In this document: positions 24,186 through 37,734 of the stretch, one piece after another
How the letters are laid out: every line of letters starts with the position of its first letter
Position numbering within the stretch: the stretch's first letter is position 1
Source: Leucoraja erinacea
Lineage: Eukaryota
Assembly: GCF_028641065.1 (NCBI RefSeq)
Contig: NC_073391.1
Coordinates: forward strand, 20,212,001-20,276,000
Length of the DNA: 64,000 bases
Direction of reading: 5' to 3'
Position numbers and translations under genes: made by a program
The notes under the pieces: model-generated
Seen by the model: only the letters and a program-made list of their open reading frames with translations
Told to the model about the DNA's origin: nothing
The model's database searches: none

Positions 24186-27134
24186 ACCACAAAGTAAAAT
24201 GGACAAATTGTTAACAAATGCTTAAATTTTTTTTAAGATGAATATAAAACTAATTCATGCACATGAAACTAAAACACTGAAATATCCACAAATCCCCAAA
24301 ACCTATAAACTATATTAAAATATATTGTATTTTGAAATATTCTTCTGATGGTTTTATAATTCACATATACATATCTTTTTACAGACCAGTGGCTTCATTA
24401 AACAGCAATTAAGGCTCAGCACAGCATTAAAGACTTGCATACACTTCATGCAACAACATTTAATATTTGAATGCTGATTATGCTTCAAAGTGCTGGAAAA
24501 GACTAAAATAGCACACCCTGGGGGTGGACAAAGAATTATTGAGAGAAACTTGATTATTTCTGCAATTAAATGTTTTGTGTATAGCAGCAGCACGAGGTAA
24601 CAAGGGGGAGTATGAGTTTAGACCTCACTATCCTTGGAAAATGTGTGGCCACATGTCAGGTTTCTATCGATGTGCCACTTATCCCACTAATAATTTATGT
24701 TCTTTGAAATTTTGTGTCCTTTAATGTGCATAATTTGTTTTTATAATTTTGTGCACTAGAATGATTATGGTGCTGCAAATTTTCTAAACATTGAGTGCAC
24801 AACAAATCAGTTTCTATTTACTGTCCTGATTTACATTTAAAATACATTTTCCCTTTTTTGAGACCATATGTGACATTGCAAACATGGAAACATAACACAC
24901 CTATCATCATCTTGTTTTAATCAAGATTGTGGATGTCTACAGCATATTTGCATATTTTTTTAACGGTTGTAGGTTTTATTCAATTGTTTTGTCCTGGTAT
25001 GAAAGAAAATGTGGGTTTAAATCCACTTATGTTGATATTTAGAAAACTGTCACAAGTTTGGTATTTTCTTTTGGGAGTTGTGTTTTAGTCTAAGATAATT
25101 GTCAATGCATGTGTATACACTTCATGGATTATTACTAATAACCATCAATAACAGAAAGGTGCTGGTTGATCCTCTATCTGTCTTGGTAATATTGCCTGAG
25201 AATTCCAATTAAACTTTTAATAGAATAGAAATGTGGCCAACCTCCATTGTGATATAATATCTGTGCATTGATATTTAATTATAAAACCATGTAAGCACTA
25301 TGAATCTTATGACATAGAGGATACAAGCTTATTATTTGCCCAAGATTCAGATTTTGAAGATTATCAATTATTCTCACTACAGGATGATTTATGAGAAATA
25401 GATATTTTGGAAGCAGAGTTAGTGTTAAAGAAAAATGAAATTAATGTTATTAGCAATGTGCTGATATGTTGTTACATAAGTTAAAAATAGATCTTTAAAA
25501 GACCCATGAAAAAAGATTTTTGAAATGAGTTAACAGCTGTTTAATGTTCTGACGTGCCATTGTTTCGTGAGCTGAGCAAGCCTGAACTAGTCCATCAAAA
25601 CTACAAAATGCCTTGAAGTGCTTTAAGCCACCAGATCATCAGTATTTTGCACAATGACACATTTACAACGATTTTAAAAGACGTTGAATTAAACATTGTT
25701 TTAACTTTAAATGAAAATTTGTTTTAACTGTACAGTGTGGTGATGGGAATATCATACATTCTTGAAATTTGTTTAAGAATATGCAAGACAATCAACACAA
25801 CTATATTAAGCCATGGCACTGAAACCACAAAGGAAATTTTACAGAAACTACCGTGCTTTGAGTTCTGAAGCAAGTTTCTGCTTGAAAGAGGAAGTGAACT
25901 CCAGCAATGGAATCATGTGTTACATTCTTCTAATTTTGTGTTACTTCAGATCCCCGTTTTAGAAATATTCATTGCAAAAATGGCATTTAAAGGTAATTTC
26001 AGTTGATTAAATAATCAAAGTCACACATAGCCAAAACAAAACCTAAAACGTGTCTGAACTCAATAGATTTACATGGCACAGTAAGTCAAAGAAATTAGAT
26101 CTGATTAAATGAGATAGTCATTTAACCAGAAATAAAGCAAGATTACAGCAGGTTTATTAAAATGTGACCAAAGGAGATACAATGATAAGTTGGAGGCACA
26201 AGAAACTAGATGCTGGAATTTATACCAAAGCAAAAAAGAGCAACAGGAAGAACTCAGTGGGTCAAACAGCATATGTGGAGGGATTTGGACAGTCAACATT
26301 TTGAGTTGAGTATGTTCTTTTTTTATGACTGGTATTTTTTGGGCTATAGTAAGTTTAGCTTCATGATAACTAAAATGGGTCCTGACATAAGTCAGAAAGG
26401 AAGATAATGTGTTCCTCTGGTGGGCCAAAGTGACAGTTTCACTTGTTTCAAAATGTTTCACTTGACTTTGTTCTAGATCTTTTCAATATTATCCCCAGAA
26501 TTTAAAAATGTAGTATAAAATCGTGTGAGCACTGAAATTAAAGAATTTAAATCTGCTCTAACAAGAAATTCTTATTCTATCATTTCTTGCGGTCCATACC
26601 AAATATTGCATGACCTGAGAAGGTACTTTAAGGGTCAACCACATTAATAAATCTGTAGTAACATTAGCTGGAGTGGATAAGGATGGCCAACGTCCTTCCT
26701 GGAAGAACACTGGTAAACTAGATTAGTTTTTATATTCTTCCCATTAATGAGAATTTTTTTAAAGATAGAGTGATTCAATAGTTCATATTTAATTTAAAAA
26801 TTGCAGTTGCTGTAGCAAGATTCAGTCATGTTTTGGATCAATGGTCTATACCTCAAGATTTAACCCAGTAACTTAACTGTGCAACTGTTATATTTTCTGT
26901 CTTCCAAATTCTCTCATAAAGTTTCTGCTTTCCATTTCTTGCTCTCCATCTATGCTCCAAAATCAAAGCCAACTTCTCCAGAACTAGTCCGAGTGCTCAG
27001 GGATATATGGTACGTTTTGGTGTCAGTGTGTGTGCTACATGGAACGTTCTAGAGAATTGATTCAAGAGATGAAGTCTCAATCTGCTCCATTATGCATCTC
27101 TCCAAGGAAATTTATATTCTTTCCCTTAAGCCAG

Positions 27135-27357
27135 ATGGACACAAAATGCTGGAGTAACTCAGCGGGACAGGCAGCATCTCTGGACAGAAGTGATGTTTTG
27201 GGTCGAGACTCCCTTCCAAATCTCTAGACTCCATCTTCTGTGGCTCTCAGTCTGAAGAAGGGCTTTAACCCGAAACATCACCCATTCCTTCTCTCCAGAG
27301 ATGCTGCCTGTCCCGTTGAGTTATACCAGCATTTTGTGCCTATCTTCGGTTCCATCC
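27135..27357. mobile_element. Penelope-terminus foldback element
   Basis: Inverted arms gacacaaaatgctggagtaactcagcgggacaggcagcatctctgga / tccagagatgctgcctgtcccgttgagttataccagcattttgtg. Confidence 0.8.
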
Positions 27358-28613
27358 TACACGAATATCGTTGAACAACAGGTTAAAGATTTCTGCAAAG
27401 CTCATATTATAGGTACTATGTTACCCATGGGAGGACACGGAGTGCTGGAGTAGCTCAGCGGGTCAAGCAGCATCTCAGGAGAACATGCCATGTTACCCAC
27501 GTTGTACATAGTTTAACTATGTAACCAGTAACAAATTATGAATTCAATTTTCATTGATATAATTTTGCATAAACCCAACTAAAACTTACAATTCAGCTTC
27601 CTTTGCCAATGTTATTATTAATGTTGCTTCTTTGTCAGCCTTTGCACTCCCAAAGACATGATCTAAATGATGCTACCAATAGATTTTGAAACTCTTTAAA
27701 GAACATGGGTACGAGATGTAAAATAATTAAATTTACTCTAATTTGTTTTTGTTTTCATTATCAGTCCTAGTGCCAATAACTCAATGTTCAACTCCTGACA
27801 AATGTTTCAGTACTTTTAATCCAGTTGTACATTTATGATGACAATTAATGCCCATGATATTAAGTGGCCAGCCATCAATTCTTTGTTTCCTCCACCATGA
27901 GCAGCTGTTTAAAAGAACCATACAGTGAAGATGAGGCCACACTCCTCAATTGATTCCACTTTTTAACATTGATCAGAGTATTCTCACAATAAGACGGGCA
28001 ATCTTATTTCCCTGTCTGTACCTAAACAAGTTCCTTTCAGGCATCTATTTCTTCATGGTGTTTGAATATTACTTATACTTGAGCAGCTTGTAAGTTAATA
28101 AATGCCAGTAAAGCACATTCCAAAAAGGATATAAAAAACACCATATAGAAACAAGTTATTTTTTCTTCTTGTTAACACATGTTGGGAAGGGTTATATTAT
28201 CTGAAAACAGACCAGAAACAGGACCTTTACCACAATAGCCTCTAATATTTAGCACACAGACACCAAATGAATGACTGACAAATTCAGAATGGAATGGAAC
28301 ATCGGATAATTGCATTGAAATCTATTTTAAATGTGATTAGTGTTATAATGGAAACAGGCTATAACAGTAGTTCAGGAGGTTATCATTGGAACATCTCACA
28401 CCACATGCATAGTATGTAATCAAGCATGGGGCTTACTCCTACAGGGAGAAAATTGAAAAGCAAAAATTTATGGTAAAGCTTTAGTTAGCTCACATTGAGT
28501 GCTACGTTGTGAAAGGAAATTGAGACAGCAGAGAAGGTATAAATATAATTTACAAAGATAATACCAGAATTTCTTGCCTATCAGGAAAATGTGAACAAAG
28601 TGTTGTCTCTTTT

Positions 28614-28845
28614 GAATGAATGAATAAGTTTATTGGCCAAGTACAGTATGTACACATACAAGGAATTTGCCTTGGTGCTCCACTCGCAAGTAACAACATG
28701 ACATACAGTAAACAATTAAGAATAAAACATTAAAACATTAAGAAAAAAACATTATAGTTTAAACATGTGAATGAAATAAAATACCAGAGCAAAAGGAGGC
28801 TACAGACTTTTGGTTATAGAGTAGAGCTACTGCTCGTGGAAAAAT
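28614..28845 (-). mobile_element. Young LINE 3' end with (ATTC)n tail; inverted close copy at 51481-51572
   Basis: gaatgaatgaataagtttattggccaag...cactcgcaagtaacaacatgacatacag is the reverse complement of 51481-51572. Confidence 0.75.
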
Positions 28846-30572
28846 GAAGTTTTCCCTCGGAAAGTGAAGATTGAGGGTGACTTAATGGGGATCTTTAGAA
28901 TTTTGACGGGTTTTACTTGATTAGACAGAGTACCTCCGTGGAAGTAGTCTTCTAAAGCTTCCTCCACCATTCAATGAGAGCATGGCTGATCTGATCACTG
29001 GTTTCCACTTTTCTTACTAGCTCCCATTACTCTTAATTCACCCAGAGTGTAAACATCTATTTTATCTTTGAACATCCTCACTGACTTACAGCTTTCAGTG
29101 GTAGAAAATAATCTTTTGAAAGATTAGATTCCTTAAATGGTGGGCCCTTTATTTTGAGACCCACGTCAGAAGAAACAACCTCATGAATTCTACTTTGTTA
29201 ACCCTTCCTAGGATCTTGTTTCAATGAGATCATCTCTCTTTTTTTTTAAACTCCAGAAAATATAGCTAATTTTAAATATTCCTCAAAAGCTTCAATCTTT
29301 CAACACCATCATACTTCAACACCTGCTTCAAGACAGATATATTGTTCTGTAAATAAGCTGACGAATGTTGTGTGCAGTAACCTGGCTGTGATCATGGAAT
29401 TGAGCTGGGCTACTGAAAGAATCATATGATAAATTCCCCAATTTTGAATTCTACCTTTTGGGTAATGAGGGTTAACATTATATTCAGACCCAATCTGAAG
29501 AATGGTTTCATATCCATGTTCTCCAGAAATGTTGTCTGACCTTTTTGTCATTTTGCGTATTAACCAGCATCTGCAGTTCCTTGTTTCTAAAAAGCTAACG
29601 GGGAATTCAGGAGAAACTTCTTTACTCACTGGGTAGTGAGGAAATGAAAGCATTTATAACATGAAACGGTTTTAGTGATCAGCAGAGATACATTTAAGGG
29701 GAAACTGGATAGAAAAATAATGTAAAATTTAATAGAAGTTTTAAGAAGCGTCCAGGCTAAATAAAAAACTCGCCTATCCACGTCCTCCTGGAGAAGCTAT
29801 CTGACCCGCTGAGTTTCTCCAACACTTTGTATTTTCCTTTGAAAAGAAGGTTAAGGCTGGTATTTTTTTTCCACTTTTCAGGACTTGGACTTCGCTTGCA
29901 TTTGATTGCCCTCGATAGGAACTCATTTGATTGCCCTCGATAGATGCCCTCACATGAAACCACTGCAAACTATTTCTGGTGAAGGTAGATGCGGAGGAGA
30001 GCATAAAGACCGGCTCATTGATGGACTCGGGGCGAATGGACATCTGCCTCGCGGTCTATACTATGCAGAACGACCAAAGAATGACTTATTGCAATTAAAC
30101 GTTGCCACTCCCATCTTGGACAGAGGCTGTTTTTTTTTTTTGCACAACTTACCCCAGGATTTGAGTATTTCAAGTGTTTTTTATGCAAAAGAAAGCGCAT
30201 CTTCCCAGATGCCTGGTTTTTTCGAAGAAACCGGCACAGGGTAGTGGGGTTTCGTGCACAGCAAGAGGAAGAAGAATGGACATGCTTTCAGGCACTTGAT
30301 CTCATGACACACTGGCATTTCCTTTCTTTGATCTGCCTCTTTCTCTCTCTCTCTCTTCCTGTTCTTTCAGTAGCAGCCGGGGTGTCAATGTATTGCGAGG
30401 GCTGAACCTGTGATGCGTTGGGAATTAAGTGCAACTAGTACAGGAAGCCCCTGTCACTTGCCGGCTGAGGGGAGGAGGAAGATGCACACTTTTGCGCTTC
30501 AGTGAGTCGAGTCGCAGATCAAGAGAGGGAAGGGAGAAGAGAGGGAAGGAGCACAGTCCCGGGGCCAGGACC

Positions 30573-30624
30573 ATGTTCATGTCCAAGGCTGTCAGCCGGC
30601 TCAGCCGCAAGCGGCCGCCTTCAG
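30573..30624 (+). CDS. RGS10: RGS10 coding exon 1: MFMSKAVSRLSRKRPPS
   Basis: ggaccATG start, TCAG|gtaggt donor. AVSRLSRKRPPS matches the RGS10 long-isoform N-terminus. Confidence 0.93.
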
Positions 30625-30734
30625 GTAGGTGCCAGCCTCCGGTGCGCTGCAGCCGCCGCTGCTTCTTTGCCTCAGCTGCCGGCGCCCACGCCCCGTTCGG
30701 CTCCGGGGCTCCTGTCAGCGGGCGGCTGATGCGT

Positions 30735-30885
30735 CCCTGCCCGGGACACACGCGGGAGCGCGCCTCCCCCTCACCCCTGCCCGGGACACACGCGGGAGCG
30801 CGCCTCCCCCCCCTTACTCACTCACTCCCCGGGACACGCGCGCTCCCGCCCTCACTTACTCCCCGGGACACGCGCGCTCCCTCAC
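30735..30885. repeat. GC-rich minisatellite, 4 imperfect units with core CCCGGGACAC(A)CGCG
   Basis: Units start at ~30735, 30776, 30825 and 30859. Confidence 0.85.
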
Positions 30886-32029
30886 CTCCACCCTGCAACC
30901 CCCTTCCCTTCCCCCTCCCCGCGGTGCTCGGGGCAGGCAGAGCCCGGGGCTGCCCTGCAGCCAGAGTCTCTCCTCCGGGCATCTGGACCGGACCGGGCAC
31001 CAATGCACGCAAGCAGCGAGAGAAGAAGCTCCAGTGAAGAGCAGCCGCTGCCAACCGAAGATACTAGAGGAGCTCTTCTATAATCTTTGCTGCCAACTTC
31101 CTCCCAACACTTGACGGGCTCCAGCCGTTTAACTTTATGTGCTGACTCCCCCGCCTCGTCTTGTGCACGGAGCCGGCGAGCTTGCTGACTGACTCCCGAT
31201 AGAGAAAGAAAGCATTTACTTAAACATAGGGGCTGTTTTCTATGCGCACAAAAAAACGGACTGTTACTGGCATGGGAAGAGTTTGCTATCACTTGTTTTA
31301 AAAGTAATCTTTGTAACAAATACTTTTTTTCCCAAAACAATACAGTTTGGGGAGACAAAATGCATTCCTATGCACAGTTAATCCCCAGCCGTTTTGTGTT
31401 ACTTTTTTTGTGAGATCACAGCTAGATCTGTCTCACCATGTGGACAGGCACACTGAGCGAACAGCCATTTTAAACTGACTTGACTGATTGACTCACGCAC
31501 AGCAACTAACTGTGATGAAAGTGGTTCCTTCAAAAAAACTTGGGCTCTGGGCAACTCGTTCTTTGGGAACCAAATGTGCAGCTGTCGCATCAAAGTCACA
31601 GAGTGAAAAGGGCAACCAGACTGTTTTGCATTAGCAGGCTCCTTAATGCACTCAAACACCAGCCCTTAGTTAACGGTTATACTTTTTATTGATGAAGATT
31701 ATTTGACTAATACATCGCTTCATCCTGAATTGCTGAAGCACCATGGACTGGATTGAGTGAATGTGTTGCCATCACTCAAGTATGGAAAGAGTAACCATGT
31801 ATTTCCAAATTGCATGCCTGTTTTCACCAGTTGTAGCATAAACCATGCCCCTCGAATTGATAGGTTTTTGGGTGTCACATTTTATTGAATAATAAAATAT
31901 GTAGATTTAGTTCGGGTTGATCATTTGCATCCAGTTTATGTATGATTATAAAGTAACGTTGCTCAGCATTTAAGCTTGAGGAATCACTCTTGTATGTAGT
32001 TCTGTGATGGTACAAAAAACAGCGTACAT

Positions 32030-32690
32030 ACATGGAACTGCAGTTGCCGGTTATTAAAAAAAAAAGGACACAGCGCGGGGGTAACTCAGCCTGTCAGGCA
32101 GAATCTCTGGATAACGTGGACAGATAATGTTTTCGGTTGGAACCCGTCAGATTGATTGTAAGGGGGGTGGGGGTGGGGGAGAAGGCTGGAAGAGCGAATG
32201 GGGCACGACAAGGCCTGTAGGAAGAAACTGCAGATGATGGTTTACACCAAAGATAGACAGAAAATGCTGGAGTAACTCAGCGGGACAGGCAGCATCTCTG
32301 GAGGGAAGATATGGGTGACGTTTTGGGTCGAGACCCTTCTTCGGACGCTTCTTCTGAAGACCTTTTGAAGAAGGGTCTTGGCCTGTAACGTCACCCATTT
32401 CTTCTACCCAGAGAAGCTGCCTGTCCCGCTGAGTTACTCCAGCATTTTGTGTCCATCTGCAGGACAAAGTCTGGCATGTCACATAGGTTGATACATGCGA
32501 GGGGGATTTTTGATAGGCAGATGGTGGACAAAGGCCTGGGATGAAATGACAGAAGGTGTGACACAAAAGGATTGAAGAGTTTCTAATTGGGAAGGAATGT
32601 GGGTGGAAGGGGAGGGTGGGGGCGGATAGGGGCAAGTCCAGATGGGGCACAGCGGTGGGGGGGGGGGGGGGGGGGGGGGGGGGGTTTGTT
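32030..32690 (-). mobile_element. Composite Penelope terminal region with nested foldback unit (32220-32460) and G28 tract (32657-32684)
   Basis: Same terminal motif family; inverted arms visible; purine-rich spacer. Confidence 0.65.
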
Positions 32691-33289
32691 AAAGAGGTTA
32701 GTTAAAGAGAACATGCTGTTTCATTTTGCTCTCCATTCAATAAACCATAGTTGAGTTTGAAATGTTATAATTCAAGATAGTGCAAAATAAAAATATTGAA
32801 CGTTTTATTGAAACCTAAATTCTGTTTCAAATACTAAATTATAATTTTCTTTGGGATAGTGTTATTTCATCATATTACTACATCATTGTACATTCAGGAA
32901 AGATGAATTGAAGTTCCCTCTTTTGATGCAATTTGTTTTTTGTAAATTAGCACACACTATATAAAAAAAAGGAGAAAATCCAAAGCCATTAGCCTTCTGT
33001 TGTTAAAGCTAAAGCCCTACTTAAATTTCAGGATGCACTCCAAAAATTGCTAAATTGCCAACAAGTCAGATACAATTGCAGTAAAGTAATATTTGTTTTG
33101 GTTTTAATAATTGTATTAGATTTCTTGAATCAATAGAAAGTGAAGCCGGAGCTTAGTAATGCCCAGAGACCCCAGGAGAAGAAATGTTCTTGACCTTTCT
33201 ATTGACCCTTTAAATATGCCTAGCCAAATCTACTGGAGTTTTTTTTTGAGGATGTTGCTAATATAATATAATGGGATAACTAGTGGAAG

Positions 33290-33730
33290 AAGAAGAGTGC
33301 AAACAGGCCCTTCAACCCACACTGTCTATGCTGAACATGATGCCAAGTTTAACACATTTCCTCTGCCTGCACGTGATCCAGATCCCAAGATCCTTGAATA
33401 TCCGCGTGTCTATCTAAAAGTTTCGGCAAATGTGCTTCCACCACCACCCTGGGAGCGTTCCAGATACACTCCACTCTGTGAAAAAAATGTTGCCCTACAC
33501 ATTTCCTTTAAACTTTGTTCCTCTAATCTTAAAGTTACCCCCTCTAGTCTTCGACATTTCCATACTGGTGAAGGTGTTCTGACTGTCAACTCTTATCAAT
33601 GCCTCTCCTAATTTCATATACTTCTATCAGGTCTTCCCACAACTTCTGACATTCCAGAGAAAACAATCCAAGTTTGTTCAGCCTCCTTATAGCTAATACC
33701 CTCTAATACAGGCAGTATACTGGTAAACTT
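33290..33730 (-). mobile_element. CR1 LINE 3' fragment (older)
   Basis: Similar to 3414-3981 and 60850-61350. Confidence 0.75.
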
Positions 33731-34036
33731 CTCAGTTCTGGGATAGATCCCATGTTGTCCTAGGAATTTATCTATCTTAATGCTTTAAGAGACCCATCAC
33801 CACCTCATCCTTGATGTCAGACTCCCATGATATATTAGTATACCCCACACCAATCTCACTATGTTCTATGTCCTTCTCCTTGTAGAATACATATTCAAAT
33901 ACCCATTTAGTACTTTGTCTACATCTTCTACCTCCAGGTATAGATTACCTCCTTTATCCTTGAATGGTTCAATTTCTTTCCGAGTTACTCTCTTGTTTTT
34001 TTGCGTACACAACAAAAGCCTTGGGATTTTCTTTAA

Positions 34037-35215
34037 TCAAGATTGTTTTATTGTCATATGTACTAAAGCAGAGCAATATAATTCTTTCTTGTAGCAGAAC
34101 ACAGTTATGTGAATATAATACTCTGTAAACACCATAATAAACAACAAAAAGAAGTTGAGTGTATAAAAAAACAAACAAACAATAATAGTGCAAAGATAAA
34201 TAAAACAATGTTTACAAAGTCTATGTAGCCTAGTTGTAGGCTGTAGTGTTTAATAGCCCCGATGGTTGTTGGGAAGGCGGTACAGTTTTCAGGCTCCTGT
34301 ACTTTCTTCCCACTGGCAGAGGTGAAATGAGTGCATTGCCAGGGTGGTGTGGGTCCCTGATCATGCTGGCTCCCCATTTGAGGCAGCAACTCCTGTAGAT
34401 CCCTTCAATGGTGAGGAGGTCAGTACCGTGATTGTCGAGGCAGTGTTCACTACTTTTTTTTTATTTTCTTCGTTCCTGGGCCGAATCAGGTCGTGATGCA
34501 ATCAGTCAATATGGTCTCGACTGTACCCAATTGACAATAGGTGCAGGAGTAGGCCAGTCGGCCCTTCGAGCCAGCAGCACCATTCAATGTGATCATGGCT
34601 GATCATCCCCAATCAGTACCCCGTTCCTGCCTTCTCCTCATATCCCCTGACTCCGCTATCTTTAAGAGCCCTATCTAGCTCAGTTCAAGACATGCCAAAT
34701 GTCCTGAATCTTCTAAGGAAGTAGAGGCATTGTTGGGCTTTCTTTATGATTGCATCAATGTTCTGGGCCCATGACAGATCTTCAGAGATATACACACTCA
34801 GGAATTTGAAGTTTTTGACTCTCTCCACCACCGTCCCATCGAAGACAGTTTGGTGGATCTTTGGCCTTTCTCTACTAAAGTCAACAATCAGTTCCTTGGA
34901 TATACTGACGTTGGGAGCAACATTGTTGTTCTGGCACCGTTCAGTCACTCAATTGATCTCCCCCCCCCCAATACTCTGACTATTCATCATGCGTAATCCG
35001 TCCAACAACGGTGGTGTTGTTGGAGAATTTGAAGAATGAGCTGGAACTGTGTCGTGCTACCCAGCCTTGGGTATGGAGTGAATAGAGTTGGGGACTGACC
35101 ACATGGCCTTGAGGTGCTCTTGTGCTGATGGCTATCGAACAGGAAGTGTTGCTGCCAATTCGTACAGATTGTGTTCTGTTGATGAGGAAGTTGAGAAATC
35201 CAACTTGCCAATGAC
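34037..35215 (-). mobile_element. Rex/Babar-type LINE RT 3' fragment with nested CR1 tail (34530-34680)
   Basis: Minus ORFs: FLINRTQSVRIG...APQG..SPQLYSLHT; KELIVDF...KKAQQCLYFLRRFRTFGMS. Confidence 0.88.
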
Positions 35216-37734
35216 CCTTCATGTGCCTCCTTTATGTTGCTCAAAGGGCCTGTTTAATTTCATCTTCCTTAAATCTTACATTTCCTTTTTGACCAAATTT
35301 AGAACCTTCCTGATCGTCCAGAGTTCCCTTGGCCAACCCCGACTCGAATTTAACAATTCACCCGTTGTTATAGAGGCTTGATATTGTAGGGTTCACAATT
35401 TAAACAGTGTCTTTATCAGATATTAAATAGCTAGCCAGTCAAGACCAAATTACACAAAACATGTTGTTTTACTGTTTTACTAAACATAATACAATCAACT
35501 GATCACTTTGAACAGAGCCAGATTTAAATTGCAACCAGATTATTACATACATATTTGAAACAAAGGCTGAATATTTATTTAAGACTTTTGTGTTACTCAC
35601 TTTCTGAAGTCAGTTAAGTCATGCTGTTTCGAATGTTTAAATTGTCTAATGCCATATTTCAATTTTTTAAGGAAATGATTTGTTTTTATAACGGAATAAA
35701 ACTGCAACGGTTGGTTGGATGTTATGAATCCAATTATTTTTCAGGAGAGCAAAACCAAAGTTTTAGAATTTGTAGTCTTACTAATTAGTCCTTGATCATG
35801 TCATGCTTTCATTCCAATGGGATTTGCATTCAAACATAGTTGTTATTTTGCAGTTAATTGTACATTTTGATTCTCAATACTATTGTTTGTATCACTTTTT
35901 AATGTTAATTCAAAGGTCCAAGCACGTTTGAGTATTTTTAACTATAGTTTGGCGAAACATCTTCTACATATTTTAACATAATTTTCCATTATTAATGTTT
36001 GATGTGCTTAATGAACAGAGTAGAGTAACATAATATCAAATTGAAATGAGCAAGTGTATAATCTGAATACCAGATTTACTTGATAAATAATGACCCTGGT
36101 TTACCTCTGAATGTATTGAGGTTACAGCTACAATAATTGGATGGTGGCAAATTAAAATTCATAGTATCATAAAATAATTATCAGACATAATACCCAAATT
36201 TATTAGAACACTTTCAATTTCAATGTCATCTTTGGTACATATTGTTTATAAATAATCCAGTTTTACGCTTTGCAAGACTAATTCCAATGTGGCAAGCATG
36301 GACTGAGTAATATTTTTACACCTAAACTGATCAAATCTTAAGCAGAATTTTTGAAAAGTGAGCTAATTCTCACATTTGGTTTCAACAGTGCTCATTTCAA
36401 AGAATAAAGCCTTAATCCTCTTAAATGTAATTATTTTCCATTGTAACCTGATTATCATCCAGAATGCAATATTCATAAGGAATATATGTCAGTCAAGATT
36501 TCAGAAACAATAAGTAGTAAAGGGTTGAAGAAAGATGAACCAACGGTACCAGTACAGAGAAAATAAATGTAACTGATGAAAAACAATAGCATTTGTGGAA
36601 TGTTGCCATGCACACTACTAAGTGCCTTCTTGTAGAGAGGGTAACGATTCTCTGGAATTATCTACCCTGGAGTTGTGGAGGCTGGATCATTGGGGGTATC
36701 TAAATGGAAGTAGATACATTCTTGAAGCATCAGAGTGTTGAGTGCTATGGGAAATGGCACAGAAAGATGAGGCCTGGCACAGAGCAGCCATTATCACTTT
36801 TAACAATGGGAAGGTGTGAGGTGAACAGTGGCCCACTCCTGATTCCTGGTCCCATTTTCTTATGTTCTTTAGCATCTTCTATTGCTAACTTAGACATTAC
36901 TTATTACCTTATATATTAGGCCTGTTAATTTTTATAACCATATTCTGAGAGTTGTAACTTTTTCCTATTATTTTTCTCAAAGTACGATTTTTATGATGTA
37001 GCCTTTGTAAATTAGCTATTTGAGAGACATCCCATTTTAAAAGACACCCCATTTTATGAGGGTTTATATGAAGGAAAACTCAACATCGACATCTGTAATT
37101 AGGGCATTCACTTTAGTGCTATCTACATTCATAGATATGGACATGTTGCATGGGAGCAACAATTATTGTCCACTCCTACTTACTGTCAACTGAGGAGATT
37201 GTTAAGAAAATTGATGGGTCCACAGTGACATAAAATACCAGGAAAGGATGACAGATTTCCTTGACAGAAATTTAAATTTGAAATTAAGATGAAATACAAC
37301 AATTACACTCCAAATTGAATTGTTCCCAACATAGTCCTGAGACTAATCAGATTCATTAGACAGTAATGCCTTAATATTTATATATTATATATTTCTTTAA
37401 TTGAACTTAATTTGTTATACTTTTACTTTCAGATTACTCCTTGTCCCTTCACATTTTACACATTGTGTTACAAGAGTTTAAACATGTTCTACTTGGCATA
37501 AGATATAATTGCAGTGTTGAAAGGGAGTCACTAAATTGACACTGGTTCATTACCAATTTTATAGAAAGTCTTGATGAAATTGTGCTAGGATGGCAACAGT
37601 AAAAGAAAACTTTGAATGCATAATAACCAACATGTGTAACTATGAACATAACATAATTGCAACATTCACGTCGAAAAACGTGCTCTCCAGAATAAGCTGA
37701 ACTTCTGATCAAGCTGTTCATGTACAGTTACAAC

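Larger units (their letters stand above)
30400..31200 (+). promoter_or_regulatory. RGS10: CpG island / promoter region of RGS10
   Basis: Abrupt GC- and CpG-rich island around exon 1 in an AT-rich background; upstream (CT)n at ~30336-30360. Confidence 0.85.

Noticed and set aside
30735-30885. CRISPR-like repeat-spacer array
   Set aside because: Eukaryotic context, degenerate tandem units, no unique spacers and no cas genes.
30425-31358. Several long overlapping ORFs (up to 202 aa) on both strands
   Set aside because: By-product of the GC-rich CpG island and minisatellite; only the 52-nt RGS10 exon 1 has homology and a donor.
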